From positions 354,826,001 through 354,890,000 of the forward strand of contig OZ024740.1 in assembly GCA_964016885.1 (NCBI GenBank): DNA of 64,000 nucleotides. The letters run 5' to 3'. This document shows, piece by piece, positions 1 to 13,065 of this stretch. Position 1 is the stretch's first letter, and each line of letters opens with the position of its first letter. A program made the translations under genes and the position numbers. This stretch comes from Eledone cirrhosa. Taxonomy: Eukaryota. The notes under the pieces are model-generated. The model had not been told where the DNA came from. It made no database searches and saw only the letters and a list, made by a program, of their open reading frames with translations.

Positions 1-175
1 GATTGTCCACCAACACTACAACAACAAGAACCATTCCTACCACCACCATCACTAATACCATAACTATAACCAGTACTACCATAAACATCACCAGCACCAC
101 TACAACAACCACAACCACTACTGTCATAACTATCATCTCCCATCACTATATCATAACGATAACCACAACCCCAAC
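1..175. repeat. degenerate ACC/ACT/ATC trinucleotide low-complexity tract
   Basis: Visible triplet repeats; explains the Thr/Ile-rich ORF 3..248. Confidence 0.85.
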
Positions 176-534
176 ATTACCGCCACCGGTGTGCATTCTG
201 AGTTCAAATCTTGCTCTGACCAACTTATATGGAATATTCAGCCTGTAGCTTCTGTTTCCTACTTATATAGTACATACAGCCCAATAGACTAATCATAATC
301 ATCATCATCATCAACACATAACCCTTGAGAGCCTTTTGTTGAACTCACGCTGTTGCCAGCATCTGGGCAAGGTCTTCAGTTTGAGGGCAATTTCCACTCT
401 CCCTATTAGGAAGGCCCTGAAAAGAATCATGGGGACTGTTATCATGGTCTTTTCAACACAACATCCTTCCACTCATCGCAGTCCTTTGTCAACTTGACTG
501 AGCTGAATAAACAGTACAGATATAATGGGATTAA

Positions 535-700
535 CCCTTTTGATAGCAATCTGCTTAATACGCCACATTCACGAATGCATCTTTGCATAAAAAGTGAACA
601 CACTATACCATAAAATTATAATTTTAGTAAATCCTTCTTAAATTCTTCATTAATTAATTGAAATACAAAATATTTCATTAGAAATATGGTAAAGTAAGGG
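535..700. mobile_element. piggyBac-like MITE, family B
   Basis: TTAA at 531-534 and 701-704 flanking CCCTT...AAGGG termini; related copies recur, e.g. 10914-11154, ~29540-29800, ~31525-31720, ~43370-43858, ~50050-50258, ~62690-63175. Confidence 0.65.
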
Positions 701-1429
701 TTAATACTGACTAGTCATCAGTTTATATGTCCAAGTGTCTTTAAAAAAAGTTAATGACATTGGAAACTAAAATAAGGATACTTATAGTATCTTTACTTAC
801 AGACATATCCTTGTGACAATTTGAAATATTAGAGGAAAGACTTTTTGTGATGTTGTTTATAGCGTTGTGTTGTACTTTTCAAGAATGTTGTGCTAATGTG
901 GTTTCATGCGATACAGGACATTAAGAATAAACAATCAACACACTGTAATGATTTAGAAGAAAATATCTAAAAACAGGTTTGTTAATTCAAATATTTACAG
1001 TATATTTACCAGAGGATATATAGTGAAAATAAAGATTTTAATTTTTAAAGGTTTTTTTTTTTATATGTAATAAATTTATCAAATTTTATTTCAAAATTAC
1101 TTAAATATATTTCTAGGATAAAATTACATAAAAATAATAAAGAATTTAATATTCAGTCAAACATATAAAAAAGCAGACATAGTGCTGTTTTGTACTTATT
1201 GCTAATGCTGTTTCATGTGATGTAGGATGCTAAGAATTAACAATGGAAAAAGCAAAAATGCTCAGTTCCCAATATTTTTAATTGATATTAAGTGAGATAC
1301 CTCTATAGCTACCAGAGAAACCTGATTCAACCTGTTATTGCTATTGATTTAAACTGAATATAAATTATTGGTGATCATACATCTACATTTAGATTTTTGT
1401 GCAAGTTGTTTAGCATTGAAGTAATTTCT

Positions 1430-1671
1430 ATATATATACATATATATATATACATACATGCACACACACATAAATATATAGATACATACACACATGTACA
1501 TCTATACATACATACATACATACATACATAAATGCATATATGCATAGATACATACATTCATTCACACACACACACAATATATATATACATACACACACAC
1601 ATATACACATACATGCATGCATGTGTGCGTGCGTGTGCTTCCTTGCATGCGTACATACATACATACATACA
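1430..1671. repeat. compound (TA)/(CA)/(TACA) microsatellite
   Basis: Direct reading; source of spurious ORFs at 1375-1795. Confidence 0.9.
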
Positions 1672-2282
1672 TGGTGGCTGCCAACTCGTTTTCGAGTACG
1701 GCTACTACTTTATATCCATGTAGGAGAACCCCTACCGATGCGCTGAACGAGTGTGACTTTTTAGTCCAGCCAGCGACTTGAAAACTCTGATACAAACACT
1801 ACACTTGTGGCAATTATTGACACATAGTGCTGGGACCTTGGTACCATGTGACGACAAGTGCAGAGAGATCTCCAGAGATAAAGCAATGCCTGTGCCGTGA
1901 AGCTTTTATAGTGAGCAAAGGCACTGCACAAAGTCAGTCCCACTCTCTTAACCAAGATGATATTTACCAAAAAGAAGAATAAGTCAACATCATTGGATAC
2001 CATCAGGGTTGCAGGTGTTATATCAGAGTTTTCCTTCTCCTAGAATTCTGCCTTGACAAAGTATGTCAGGTCACCAGTTGGTGCTACTGGTAACATGTAT
2101 TCCAGTACAACCTGTCCCATGGTCGGGTCGTTGGCGACTAAACTGGCGACCCTACCAAGATTTCTTGGTGAGGAGGGTGACTTTGGACATCCTGCGGGAC
2201 TAAAAACAAAACCTGTCAAAGGGCAAACAAGCTCTTAAGAGTCAATGGCCATCCAAAATCACCGGGAGAGATGACCCCTTAA
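1672..2282 (-). mobile_element. non-coding ~600-bp insertion in (ATAC)n, possibly derived from an RTE-type 5' UTR
   Basis: GC/CpG-richer block bounded on both sides by ACATACAT repeats; minus strand contains CTAGGAGAAGGAAAACTCTGA, which I recall from RTE 5' UTRs (not verified). Confidence 0.4.
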
Positions 2283-2777
2283 CATACATACATACATACT
2301 TACATACACACACACACACACACACCAGTGTTATCAGTTTTACAAAATCAGTTGAATGTGTATAATTTTCAGTATCTTAATTCTATATTTTATCACATGA
2401 AGTCAAACTGATACCAAATGTTCTTTTGCATACCAAAGAAGTTATCATGATACTGTTTTACATATTTGTAATTCAACACATCACTATTCACATTATATAT
2501 GTGAACTAGTATGATTCTTATCCCTCACAGCCTGCTGCTAGTTAAAGCTGTACTACCCATATATATTTTTTACACTTAGTGTCCTCTTGTATTACATTCA
2601 TTAAAGATAAACGACAGTACTATATCTGCATCACAATTACCTTTAACACCCTGTAATGATTTAGCAGAAGATATCTACATGTTGGTTTATTAATTCAAAT
2701 GTTTATAGTATCTTTACTACTGGATAAATCACTGTAAAAATTTTCAGATTTTTTAACCCTTTAGCATTTGCAAATTT

Positions 2778-2960
2778 TTTAACCCTTTAGCATTTAAACC
2801 GGCCATATATGGCCAAAATTCTCTCACCTCTTTCTGTTCAAACCAGCTATAACCAGCCACTCATACTTATGTTAAGGTATTGTTCTTAAAATAAATAATA
2901 TAAAAATCTCATAGATTTGATATGTGAGATAAAGCCTTTACCATGAAAATATAATGTAAT
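2778..2960 (+). mobile_element. piggyBac-like MITE family A, 3'-truncated, with a duplicated left end
   Basis: TTAACCCTTTAGCATTT occurs twice (~2753 and ~2779), then the same internal sequence as 11388-11608. Confidence 0.7.
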
Positions 2961-3133
2961 GTAGCTGTAGTGCTGTTGTATACTTTTCAAGAATGTCATA
3001 TTGATACAGTTTCATGCAGTATAGGGTGTTAACAGTTAAGACTAGAAGTATCTAATATTGCAATTTATTGACAATGATCTATCCTCTAATAAAGTTACTG
3101 TAACGTTTGAATTAACAAACCTGTCTTTAAATA

Positions 3134-3262
3134 TCATCATCCTCATCTTCATCAGCATCACCATCATCATCATCATTTTTACATCCGTTATCATCATCAT
3201 CATCATCACTATCAACATCCTCATCATCATCATCATCAACATCACCATCGTCATCATCATTT
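3134..3262. repeat. (CAT)n microsatellite, probably a minus-strand RTE-type tail
   Basis: CAT triplets followed by TTTACATCCGTTTTTCTATGCTTGCATGGGTTGGATGG, the reverse complement of the RTE 3' end at 42505-42559. Confidence 0.75.
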
Positions 3263-3428
3263 TTACATCCGTTTTTCTATGCTTGCATGGGTTGGATGGA
3301 TCCTTTTCAGCACAGCATCTCTCCTCATGCTTCATTCCTTTGTCATCTCCTCTGTGAGTCTCAAATCATTCAAATATGTTAAGAGACAATTAACAACCTT
3401 GCATAAGCAACATTATTTTTTAGAAAGA

Positions 3429-3614
3429 GCGGTGGATTGGCAGAATCAGTAGAGGGTCAGACTCCATGCTTTGCAACATAGAGTTATGGCCCTTTACGTC
3501 CTGAGTTCAAATCCTGCCGAGGTTAACTTTGCCTTTCATCCTTACAGGGTCAATAAAATAAAGCACCAGTAATGCACTGGAGTAATTACTGGCCTTGTGC
3601 CAAAAGTAGAAACA
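3429..3614 (+). mobile_element. tRNA-derived SINE, full length
   Basis: A-box-like TGGCAGAATCAGTAG, B-box-like GAGTTCAAATCC, central GCCTTTCATCCTTAC...ATAAAATAAAG, ~15-bp TSD ATTATTTTTT(T)AGAAA on both sides. Confidence 0.85.
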
Positions 3615-4788
3615 ATTATTTTTTTAGAAAAAATGACTGCATTACTTTAAAAATTAAAAATCAAAATTTTGTGTCCAACACTGCAAATTTTTACAAAGAT
3701 CAATTCAGTAGTAAATACACTCTAGACATTTGAATCAACAAATGTAAAACAACAATGATGATGATGATGAAACTAGTTTTAGATATTTTCTGCTAAAAGA
3801 TTACATGATGTTACAAGATAATTGCAAATGTTCACCAGTAAAATACAGAATTTGATTTTTCTTTCTTCTATCTGTCTGTTTGTCCACCCGGCCAGCTGTC
3901 CATCCATCCCTTTGTCCATGTGCCTGCCTGTTTATCCATTGATTTCTCCTTCTATCCCCCCCTCTCTCTCTCTATTTCTCCCCTCCTTTCTCTCTCACAC
4001 ACAGAATTGGCTATGCTACATTGTGAGAGTGCAATCATAAGTAGTATCTTTTATTAGAAATATGGTAACAAAAACGTTAAAATCACACGAGGTTCTAAGT
4101 TTTTATATAATCCAAATTCTTGATAATTTTCAAATTATGAGGAGTGCACCCCACCCAAGGAAGGAGCCCCATGGGTGGAGTGACTGAAGCAGTGGTTTAT
4201 GCTACCTGTTCTTCATGGCAATGCCTTCATCATTTTGTCTGCAAGACAGCTGAGATATACCACATAGACTGGGGTGTAGAATTTGCCACTCCCTACTTCT
4301 TTGTTGACTTTCACCATTCATTTTTTTGTTGCAAACTTTATATAATCCAACTGAAAACGTAAGTAGTGGCTTTTATTAGAAATATTGTAACAGAAGGGTT
4401 AAAATTATGTACATTGAATAAGAGAATAACTGTTTGATATAAAAACAAATACAGTGGAATCTCAGTTCTCAAATGGCTCTCATCATGAACAAATCAGTTC
4501 ATGAACAATTTTTCAGTTTCCTAAAAAAGTAAAAAAAAAAAAATCTTATAAATAAAATAAGCTATGTGTGCAAATATAAGTTTCCTTTTAATTGTTTGCT
4601 GGTTGACACGCAGAACTAGAATTTGTGTATAACTGTAATATGACACCAAATGTGTATAACTGTAATATGACACCAAACATTATATGATACTATAATGTTT
4701 TCATTGATGTTAAATATAAAACTAGAATGTGGTCCCATGTAGGGTTTTGTACAATCATTGTGCAAGCAATTCAATATTTTCCTGCTAA

Positions 4789-5187
4789 CCCTTTAGCATT
4801 TACATTACTCTATATTTATTATTGTATTTTCACATAATATCAAATCTACAAGATTCTGATGATATTATTTATTTTGAGAACAATACCTTAACATAGGTAT
4901 GAGCAGCTGGTTATGGCCAGTTTGAACAGATAGAGGTGAGAGAATTCTGGCCGGATACAGCTGGTTTAACCCATTACCATTTAAACAGGCTGTATCTGGC
5001 CGGAATTCTCTCATCTCTTTCTGTTCAAACCGGCCATAACTGGCTGCTCATACTGATATTAAGGTATTGTTCTCAAAATAAATAATATCAAAATCTCATA
5101 GATTCAATATTATGTGAGATAATTAAGTTAGGTAAAGTGTTTACCATGAAAATATAGTAAATATAGAGTAATGTAAATGCTAAAGGG
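4789..5187. mobile_element. two piggyBac-like family A MITEs in inverted orientation
   Basis: Copy 1 at 4789-4965 (minus orientation); copy 2 at 4970-5187 begins at the TTAA (4966-4969) near the end of copy 1 and ends GCTAAAGGG-TTAA. Confidence 0.75.
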
Positions 5188-5419
5188 TTAAACTAGATTA
5201 CATTATAAATTTACACTTTTGGGGATTTTTTTAATATCAATTGTTTACATGGTTTATCTGCTGGATATATTCCCAACTCACACAAACACACATGTACAAT
5301 ATATTGAGATTACTTAAAATTGCAAATATATATTTATTTATATGTGTGTGTGTGTGTTTGTGGTGGCATGGAAAAAATGTTTATATATATATGTGTGTGT
5401 GTGTGTACAATGTTAATGT

Positions 5420-5752
5420 AAGAGAACAACAGAGCTTGGATTAACTGAAAGAAAAATTGGGTATAAGAGGAATCAGAATTAGTGTGCAAGAGAGAAAACT
5501 GTGTTGGTATGGACATGTGATGCACAGGATGGTGATTGCTGGATGAAGAAGTGCTAAGAAATCCCAGTCGAAAGATGTTTCAGTAGAAGAAGGCCAATAA
5601 AGATCTGGGCAGGGGTGGTGAGAGCTGATCTCAAATCACTGAAACTCACAGTGGAAATGATGAAGGATTGCAACGTGTGCAATGTTGTGCTGAAAAGGAC
5701 CCAGCCAACCCAGCAAGTTTGGAAAAACATGTAAAATCAATGATGATGATGT
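5420..5752 (+). mobile_element. decayed RTE LINE 3' fragment
   Basis: Remnant RRLCWYGHV-like coding signal (tgttggtatggacatgtgatg) and a (GAT)n tail. Confidence 0.6.
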
Positions 5753-5877
5753 TGTATGTATGTATGTAAATATGTATGGACCTGTTAATTCCTGGTTCAG
5801 CTGTAGGGGCGCCTTAGTGACATACATTGTGTCTTAGTCATTTTAAACTTGGTGGAACCTAATAGACATAGAATTAG

Positions 5878-5880
<3 letters not shown>

Positions 5881-5939
<59 letters not shown>
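5881..5939. repeat. (AG)n microsatellite
   Basis: Direct reading. Confidence 0.95.
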
Positions 5940-5944
<5 letters not shown>

Positions 5945-6209
5945 ACCCTAGTACTGAACTGGCACTTTATTGACCTAAAAAAGATGAGAGGTAAAGTTGA
6001 CCTCAGTTGAATTTCAATTCATTGAATGTACAGAAAGAAAGCCTGCAGCAGCAATGATTCTGCCAATTCATTGCTCTTTTGAATATAACTATGAAGGATT
6101 TTGTTCATTGCACTAGTAACAAAAACTGTTCCTAACAATGGCACAATTTACACATCTTGGCAGAGAGAGTAATTGATTAAATTGACCATAGGTATGTGCA
6201 TGCATGGTC

Positions 6210-6522
6210 CCGAAACTCCTGAGGGAATCAAAAAGGTGCCATATTGACATACAGCATTTCTAGGTTATTTTTCTAAACCTGACAGAGCCTGTCTCCTCTC
6301 CAGCAGATTTCTTCCAGAGAAGGATAAAGAGTGAGAGAATGGAAGTGAGAAAGAGGTATAGAGGAAGAATCCACACCAGTTCTGTACTGGTACTTTTTAT
6401 CAACCACAAATGGATGAAAGGTAAAGTTGATCTTTGCAGGATTTGAACTCAGAGAGCAGAGAGCCAGAACAAATACCGCAAAGCACTCTATTCGACATTC
6501 TAATGACTCTGCCAATTTGCTG
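6210..6522 (-). mobile_element. SINE, long-tail subfamily
   Basis: Same central domain as the other SINEs plus the tail CTGGAAGAAATCTGCTG...GGAGAGG...CTCTG; relatives at 6895-7140, 23685-24020, 26575-26785, 62848-63085. Confidence 0.7.
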
Positions 6523-6894
6523 CATGTCATAGTTCTTTATTAGTACTTTATTGTCTATCAGTAGAATCGAAAGGGAAACTGGTGTAATATTCACCTCCAA
6601 AATGAAACAGGTGTAAAAGTCACCTCCAAAGCGAAAATATTTTAGCACTTCATTTGCATAGACTTTGAAGTTGGTGAAAATTGGCAAAATATTGATATCG
6701 TATATAAGTTGACCACCCATTATACGATTGATTTTTTTGTCACATATTTTTGGCTTATGAGTATATATGGTATTTTGCCTGATATTCTAATGATTCTGTG
6801 AATCTACTGCTATCAGTTGCACCAGATATTGATGAATAAAAACTTAACTTTTAACATCCTGTACCAGAGTTCAAGAAATTTTGAGATTTCCTAA

Positions 6895-7140
6895 TGGCCA
6901 TGGTCAACTTTACCTTTCATCCTTTCGAGGTTGATAAAAAAAAGTACCATTTTAGTACTGGGGTAGACTCTTCCTCTATATCTCTTTCTCACTTCCTTTC
7001 TCCCACTCTCTGTCCTTTTCTGGAAGAAATCTGCAGTATTCAGACCTGGAGAGGGGATGGGCTCTGCCATGTATAAAAATGCCCTAGAAACACTGTATGT
7101 CAATAAGGTGTCCCTACAATTCCTTCGGGAGTTACCGGAC
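6895..7140 (+). mobile_element. SINE, long-tail subfamily, 5'-truncated
   Basis: GGTCAACTTTACCTTTCATCCTTTCGAGGTTGATAAA followed by the shared tail. Confidence 0.7.
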
Positions 7141-9444
7141 AAAAAAAAGAAAATGGCTATTGGGTGAGAATTTCATATTTTAGGAGCAAATTTCTTGTTT
7201 TATCCAACTTAGTCTACTTACATAGCTGAATGGTCAGTAAGCAGGAAGTGATTGTGGTTATATTATAACTATTAACTCTTAACATCCTGTACCACATCAA
7301 AACTCAGAGTGCAGAGAGCCAGAATTAATACCACAAAGAATTCTATCTGATATTTTAATGACTCTGCTAATTTGTGCCCTGTTTTATCATAGATCTACCC
7401 AAATGGGGCAGATCTGTAGCTAAACAACCTTAACTGATGGGCAAAGAACTGTTTATCTCTTTTGTTGTATATAGACAAAGATGTAAATGCCAATGAAAAA
7501 TATTGCTCTTTGAACAAATTCCATTGAGTTACAGACGATCTCTCATCACTCCTGCTTTCAGAAATACAGAGAACCAATTATTGGATTACAGTTAACCTGT
7601 AACCAGTGACTCATCTTCATTATCGTCATTTAATGTCAACTTGTCCATTTTCCCTGCTACCAAGGGCTGGACAGGTCATCAACAGATTCAGAGTACTTAA
7701 GCTGAGCTACTGACCCTATAGATGGGCTAGGGGCCTGCATCTTGCTTGCATTCCTGCCCTCTACTGAGTGTTTAGACAGGCTGGTGGCCCATAACTAGCT
7801 TACATTCAATTCTATGTTTGACCAAATGCATTTATTATTTTTAAATTGTGATAAAAATTAAATACTCAATGCAAATATAAGCATACAGAGAATCAATTCG
7901 ACATCAGCGGCACAAAACCTGGATATAATAATGTTAAAAAAAAGAACAATAAAGTTGTTTTTTTTTTCCCGCTAAAGGTAATTGCTCTCTTAGGTCTTTC
8001 TTTGTAAAATCTATTGTGTTCATATTAATTCATATCAATAGAGAGTTCCATTGAAAATATGCTTTTGAATATAAATTATTTAATATAATAAACCTCTTTT
8101 ATAAATGCTTATAAAAGCAAAACAATTTACATTTATAATTTGAAAGACATTAAAAAAATATAACATTGAAAACGTTTGTTGGAAGGAAAAGCTTATAACG
8201 GAATAACTTTGTCATTTTCAGTAACTTGAGCCATTATTTGACGCAAGCTTTTGTTCTATTTTTGGTTACATTTGATAATTAAATAAACATAGGAAATAAA
8301 GAAGTAATTAATTTCATTTATTTATTCTAAACTGCTTTTGCAGATTTTTGGGTCAATATTTTAATTTATTATGTATGCATTTTGTAATGATGTTAGGTTT
8401 TTTTTGTTTTTTTTTACAAAATATAGACACACAAGGTTATTTTTTTGCTTTTAATGGACATAAATACAATGAAAAACTAATAAATGATTTACAAAAGAAA
8501 TAATAGCCAGAAAGAAAGAAAAAAATGGATACTAATTGCTGAGTCATCTCAAGAAAATATAACCAGTGTTGATAATTTAAATACCTATTTAATTTTTTTG
8601 TTAGCTTCTATTCCTGTAAGTTTAATGTATAATACTCATATCCAACCCATACTAGTATGGAAACAGATGTTAAACAACTATTATGATGAGGATGATGATG
8701 CTGATGAGGATGACACATGACTGTGTCCTTTCCATAAGCCAAGTGGAAAAATGGCAGAGTTATCAGAGCATAAGACAAAATATTTTGCAAGATTTATTCT
8801 GGTTCTCTGCACTTAGAGTTCAAATTCCACTGAGGTCAACTTTGCTTTTTATCCTTTGGGGATTGATACAATAAAGCACCATACTAGAGTGGTGGACTGA
8901 CATAATTGTTAAAGCATTGGATGAAACTCTTTGTATTCTGAGTTCAAGTTTCTCTGCAGCTTGGGTGATAGACTTAATCTGTTGCCCAGTTTAATACCAC
9001 CACTGGTTGCTAAGGTACTTTTAGCAGAGTCTAATCCCTTGCAGGCATTTGGAACAGGTCTCTGGTTTGGGGATAACTTTTTCTTCCCTCTCATTCAGCA
9101 GTCTTGGAGGCTGAAAAAAGAATCATGGGCACTGTAAATGAAAAATGTCTGTTGTGATTATAGTGCCATCACACCAGCCTATATTTTTCTTACTTTTTCC
9201 CCATCTCTAGCTAATGCTTATGTTTCAACAAACATTGTTCTAGTCAATTTCAAGAACATTGTTAACACATTTTTTCTTTTTCCTATTGTCATTCTTTTAT
9301 ACTTTTAGCACTATTTTCTAGTACAGATTTTGTCCTGATCTGTTAAACTTGTAATATTACCCATATACTCTTAGTTTTCTTCTTTCATTATCATGTGAGA
9401 GTTGTTGACTGAATTGACAGTGAGTTAACTCTATCATTACTATA

Positions 9445-9655
9445 CAGGGTGTATCAAATTGAATCATCCAATTTTATTTACAATTTTTACAAATGCTCAA
9501 TATGTAAATAACTTTATAAAAATTTATAAATAAAAGTTATAAAAAAAGAATAAAACTTTATATCCAGACATGTATTGTATCAGTTATCACATGATTATAT
9601 GGTCATTTGTTAAAAAAAAAAGCCTTTTGAAATATAGCTTTTTTGATATACACTG
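9445..9655. mobile_element. Tc1/mariner-type MITE
   Basis: TA-CAGGGTGTATCAAA ... TTTGATATACACTG-TA: imperfect 14-bp TIR with TA target duplication. Confidence 0.7.
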
Positions 9656-10039
9656 TATTTCTAATGAAATAAAGTGTTTTAATTAGTTATTGAAGAATTT
9701 GGAGAAATTGCCTGAAATTATGAATTATTTCATTATTATGTTGGTATTTGTGACTTAACCTAAAAAAAGTATAACTGTACTGCAAGGTTATAATTTAAAC
9801 AGAAACCCTTTAAAGTAGATTATTTTGTTTCAGAGAATTAGAGATGGTTTTGAGCAAGCTGGTATCAAAAAAGTTTAACTAATGGCTAAAGGATTAGCAG
9901 TTTATATTTTGCTGCTGGTATTGTGCTAAATCTTTGTTCAAGAGGCTTAACTCTTCCTGGTCCAGTCTAGTCAGTTGTAAATAGATACTATGGTTAGGTA
10001 AAATTTATTGTGAGAATATTATATTAATAAACAACTATT

Positions 10040-10398
10040 TTGTTTGGAGTAACATTACTCAATAAAGTGCGAAGCTCGGAGATCAGAGAGTCACTCCAGG
10101 TAGAGCCGCTAATTCTCCGAATTGAGAGATCACAGCTTCAATACTATGAACATGTGGTTAGAATGTCTCAGGAAAGAATCACTGGACAGATTTTATGGGC
10201 AAAACCAACAGGCAAGAAACCCTAGTGTAGACTCCGAGAAAGATGGTTGGATAACAACCATGAGTTTGGCTGGTCATGCGTGGGGATCCAACCAGATCAG
10301 TTGGAGATGGTTGCTTCCGACAGGACCTGCTGGAAAGAGTGTTTGAGGACTCTTCCCCTATGACCCTCTCAGGAATAAGTGGGAAAAGAAGAAGAAGA
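10040..10398 (+). mobile_element. RTE-clade LINE 3' fragment, second family
   Basis: GVTLLNKVRSSEIRESLQVEPLILRIERSQLQYYEHVVRM...GKKP is a typical RTE ORF C-terminus; ends in a (GAA)n tail. Confidence 0.8.
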
Positions 10399-10913
10399 CT
10401 ATTTTGTTAGCTAGGTTTGCTGCTGATTTCAAGTCCTCATATATGGCACAACCATAATAGAAATGTTATACTGTAACTCTGCTTTGATCAGTAAGTTTTC
10501 AAAAGCTCTTGCTTGTGTGTCAATAACCTAGTACACAAGATCATTGGTAATCCAACCAGTATAACTGATGTTTTAATCATTGTTTTAATCATCTGCATAG
10601 TGTTAATTTCTAATTTAGGCATAAGATTAACAAATTTGAAGAAATGGCAAAGTTGATTAAATCAACCCAAATATTTGGCTCCTACTTTATTTTATCAACT
10701 CTAGAAGGATGAAAGACAAAGTTGACCTTGATGGGATTTGAAACCAGAATGTAAAGAGCCAGATCAAATACAAATTATGTGATGCTCTATCAATTCTGCT
10801 AATCCATTTCGAAACTTAACTCTATGAAATTAAATGATCTTTCTAGATTGTTACATCTTTCTCCTCTTTGACAATTATCTGTTGATTTAAAACTCATATA
10901 ATAATTGGTTTAA

Positions 10914-11154
10914 CCCTTTCATTACCATATTTCTATTGAAAATACTGTCTATAATTTTGAAAATAATCAACGATTTGCAGGGGTTTTATAATTTAACTAG
11001 TTTTCTTATTATTAAGTTCATGTTTGTATCATAACCTGACAAAATTTCATAAACAAAATTATGATAGGTTTTTAGATAAATATAAATACTTTAAAATATA
11101 AAAATTTGAATCATAGAACTAGAAGCAGTTTCAGGCGGTTTGGTATTGAAAGGG
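10914..11154. mobile_element. piggyBac-like MITE family B
   Basis: TTAA-CCCTTTCATTACCA ... TGGTATTGAAAGGG-TTAA. Confidence 0.75.
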
Positions 11155-11387
11155 TTAATGTGGATATTTCAATCATTAATCTGAAATGTGAGGCAAAATT
11201 GTTTTATCATATTTCACCCATTACTTAGTTAATGCCTGTAGCTCTCTTCAGGCCATCCAAAGTTAATGGGATGGATGGATGAATGTAGCATTAAACAAGG
11301 GATTGGGTTCAAATGTTTGCATCAGAGTGAACTCTGTTAAACCCACCTAAAGGCTAGGTGTTGGTGTTAATCTGGATGACAGATTAA

Positions 11388-11608
11388 TCCTTTAGCATTT
11401 AAACCGGCCATATCCGGCCAGAATACTCTCACCTCTTTCTGTTCAAACCAGCTGTAATCAGCCACTCATACTGATGTTAAGGCATTGTTCTCATAATAAA
11501 TAACATCAAAATCTCATAGATTCGATATCATGTGAGATAATTATGTGAGGTAAGGCCTTTATTGTAAAAATATAACAGTAAATATAGAATAATATAAATG
11601 CTAAAGGG
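11388..11608 (+). mobile_element. piggyBac-like MITE family A, full length
   Basis: TTAA-TCCTTTAGCATTTA ... TAAATGCTAAAGGG-TTAA. Confidence 0.85.
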
Positions 11609-12163
11609 TTAAGCCAGTCACCTAAAATACTTCAGGCCACCGCTTTACACTGGTACTTTATCTATTGATTTTTGGTAGGCTGAAAGACAAAGTTAACCTC
11701 AGTGAGATTTGAACTTAGAACATATGGAACTGGGATAAATACTGCAATGCATTTCATCTGACACTCTAATGATTTTACCAATACATCACTCATATCTAGG
11801 CAAAGGCATTCCACTTTCAAGAACCCAGTCTATTTAGCTATAATTAGGTTATTCTACGGAGCTTCAGCTTCTTCCTCAATCAAACTGTAGTAGTATATAA
11901 TTGATAGATGATTGTTAAATTGCATTGCTAAGCTCAAATTATCTTATAAACATAATTTGCTACAAAATAGCATCTTATCCAGGGTGAAATCTGTCCTATT
12001 ATAAATAATAGAGGTACACTTTAACAAGCTAAAACCACAAGAAACTACAGCACATTACAGCCTTCACAAGAATGTTCCATCTAAGATACACAGTTATATA
12101 TGTCATACAACCAAATCACAAAAGGTAATTAAAACATGCACAAAAAAGAGAAGAAATATTAAT

Positions 12164-12363
12164 TAAGAGGGTTAGCTGGAAAGTTCATAGGCTGACCAAG
12201 ATACTCTCATGGAATGACCAAATGAGGTTTATTTTTCAACATAGTCCCTGAAAAGGAACAATGCTATTATTAATAAAGAGAGTTGAAATTAATGTATGCA
12301 AGATTTCACAGCTCTGGCATCACTCCTTTATAGTCAGCCTATGAAGTTTTCACTCAGATCTTG
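12164..12363. mobile_element. mariner-like MITE, decayed
   Basis: AAAGTTCATAGGCTGAC ... GTCAGCCTATGAAGTTT inverted ends; a partial copy is at ~52355-52430. Confidence 0.6.
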
Positions 12364-12856
12364 AAGATTTGTTTGAAACAATATGCTATATCAATCATAT
12401 GTTAACTTAGCTCAGGAGTACAGAACTAATTTTTTATGCACGAGAGCTAACAAAATACTATATCCTCTCTCTGTATATATGTAAACACTTAACAATCATT
12501 GGTAGTTAAAACATCAATTAAATTATAGCCTATCACTACATATCACTCTATAAATGCTACAATAAAACATATAATACTTTATCTAATGATGACAAAGTAT
12601 TGCATAGTTGCACAGTGCAACATGCAGTCAATAATTATCACCAAAATATAATTAAGCAAGTAAACACAAAGATGGTACTTATGTATTTTACCAATTTAAA
12701 AGTAGTTACCTACTCACTAAATGTCATCAATGAGAAGTGTCAATAAATTTTTACAATGCCACAGGAGCAATTTGTATTTAAGTATCTAAAGCAACTCTTC
12801 TCCTGGTGTCATCTGTTCATCTGTGGTGTCACAGACATCATATGACATATGATTAA

Positions 12857-13065
12857 TCTTTTAGCATTTACATTACTCTATATTTACTATTGTATTTTTG
12901 TGGTAAAGGCTTTACCTCGTAATTATCTCACATAATATCGAATCTATGAGATTTTTATGTTATTTAATTTGAGAACTATACCATAATGCCAGTATGAGCG
13001 GCCGGTTATGGCCAGTTTGAACAGATAGAGGTGAGAGAATTCTGGCCGGTTTAAATGCTAAAGGG
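12857..13065 (-). mobile_element. piggyBac-like MITE family A
   Basis: TTAA-TCTTTTAGCATTTA ... TAAATGCTAAAGGG-TTAA. Confidence 0.85.

Noticed and set aside
3429-3520. tRNA genes at SINE heads
   Set aside because: A/B boxes are present, but there is no full cloverleaf and each is fused to a SINE body
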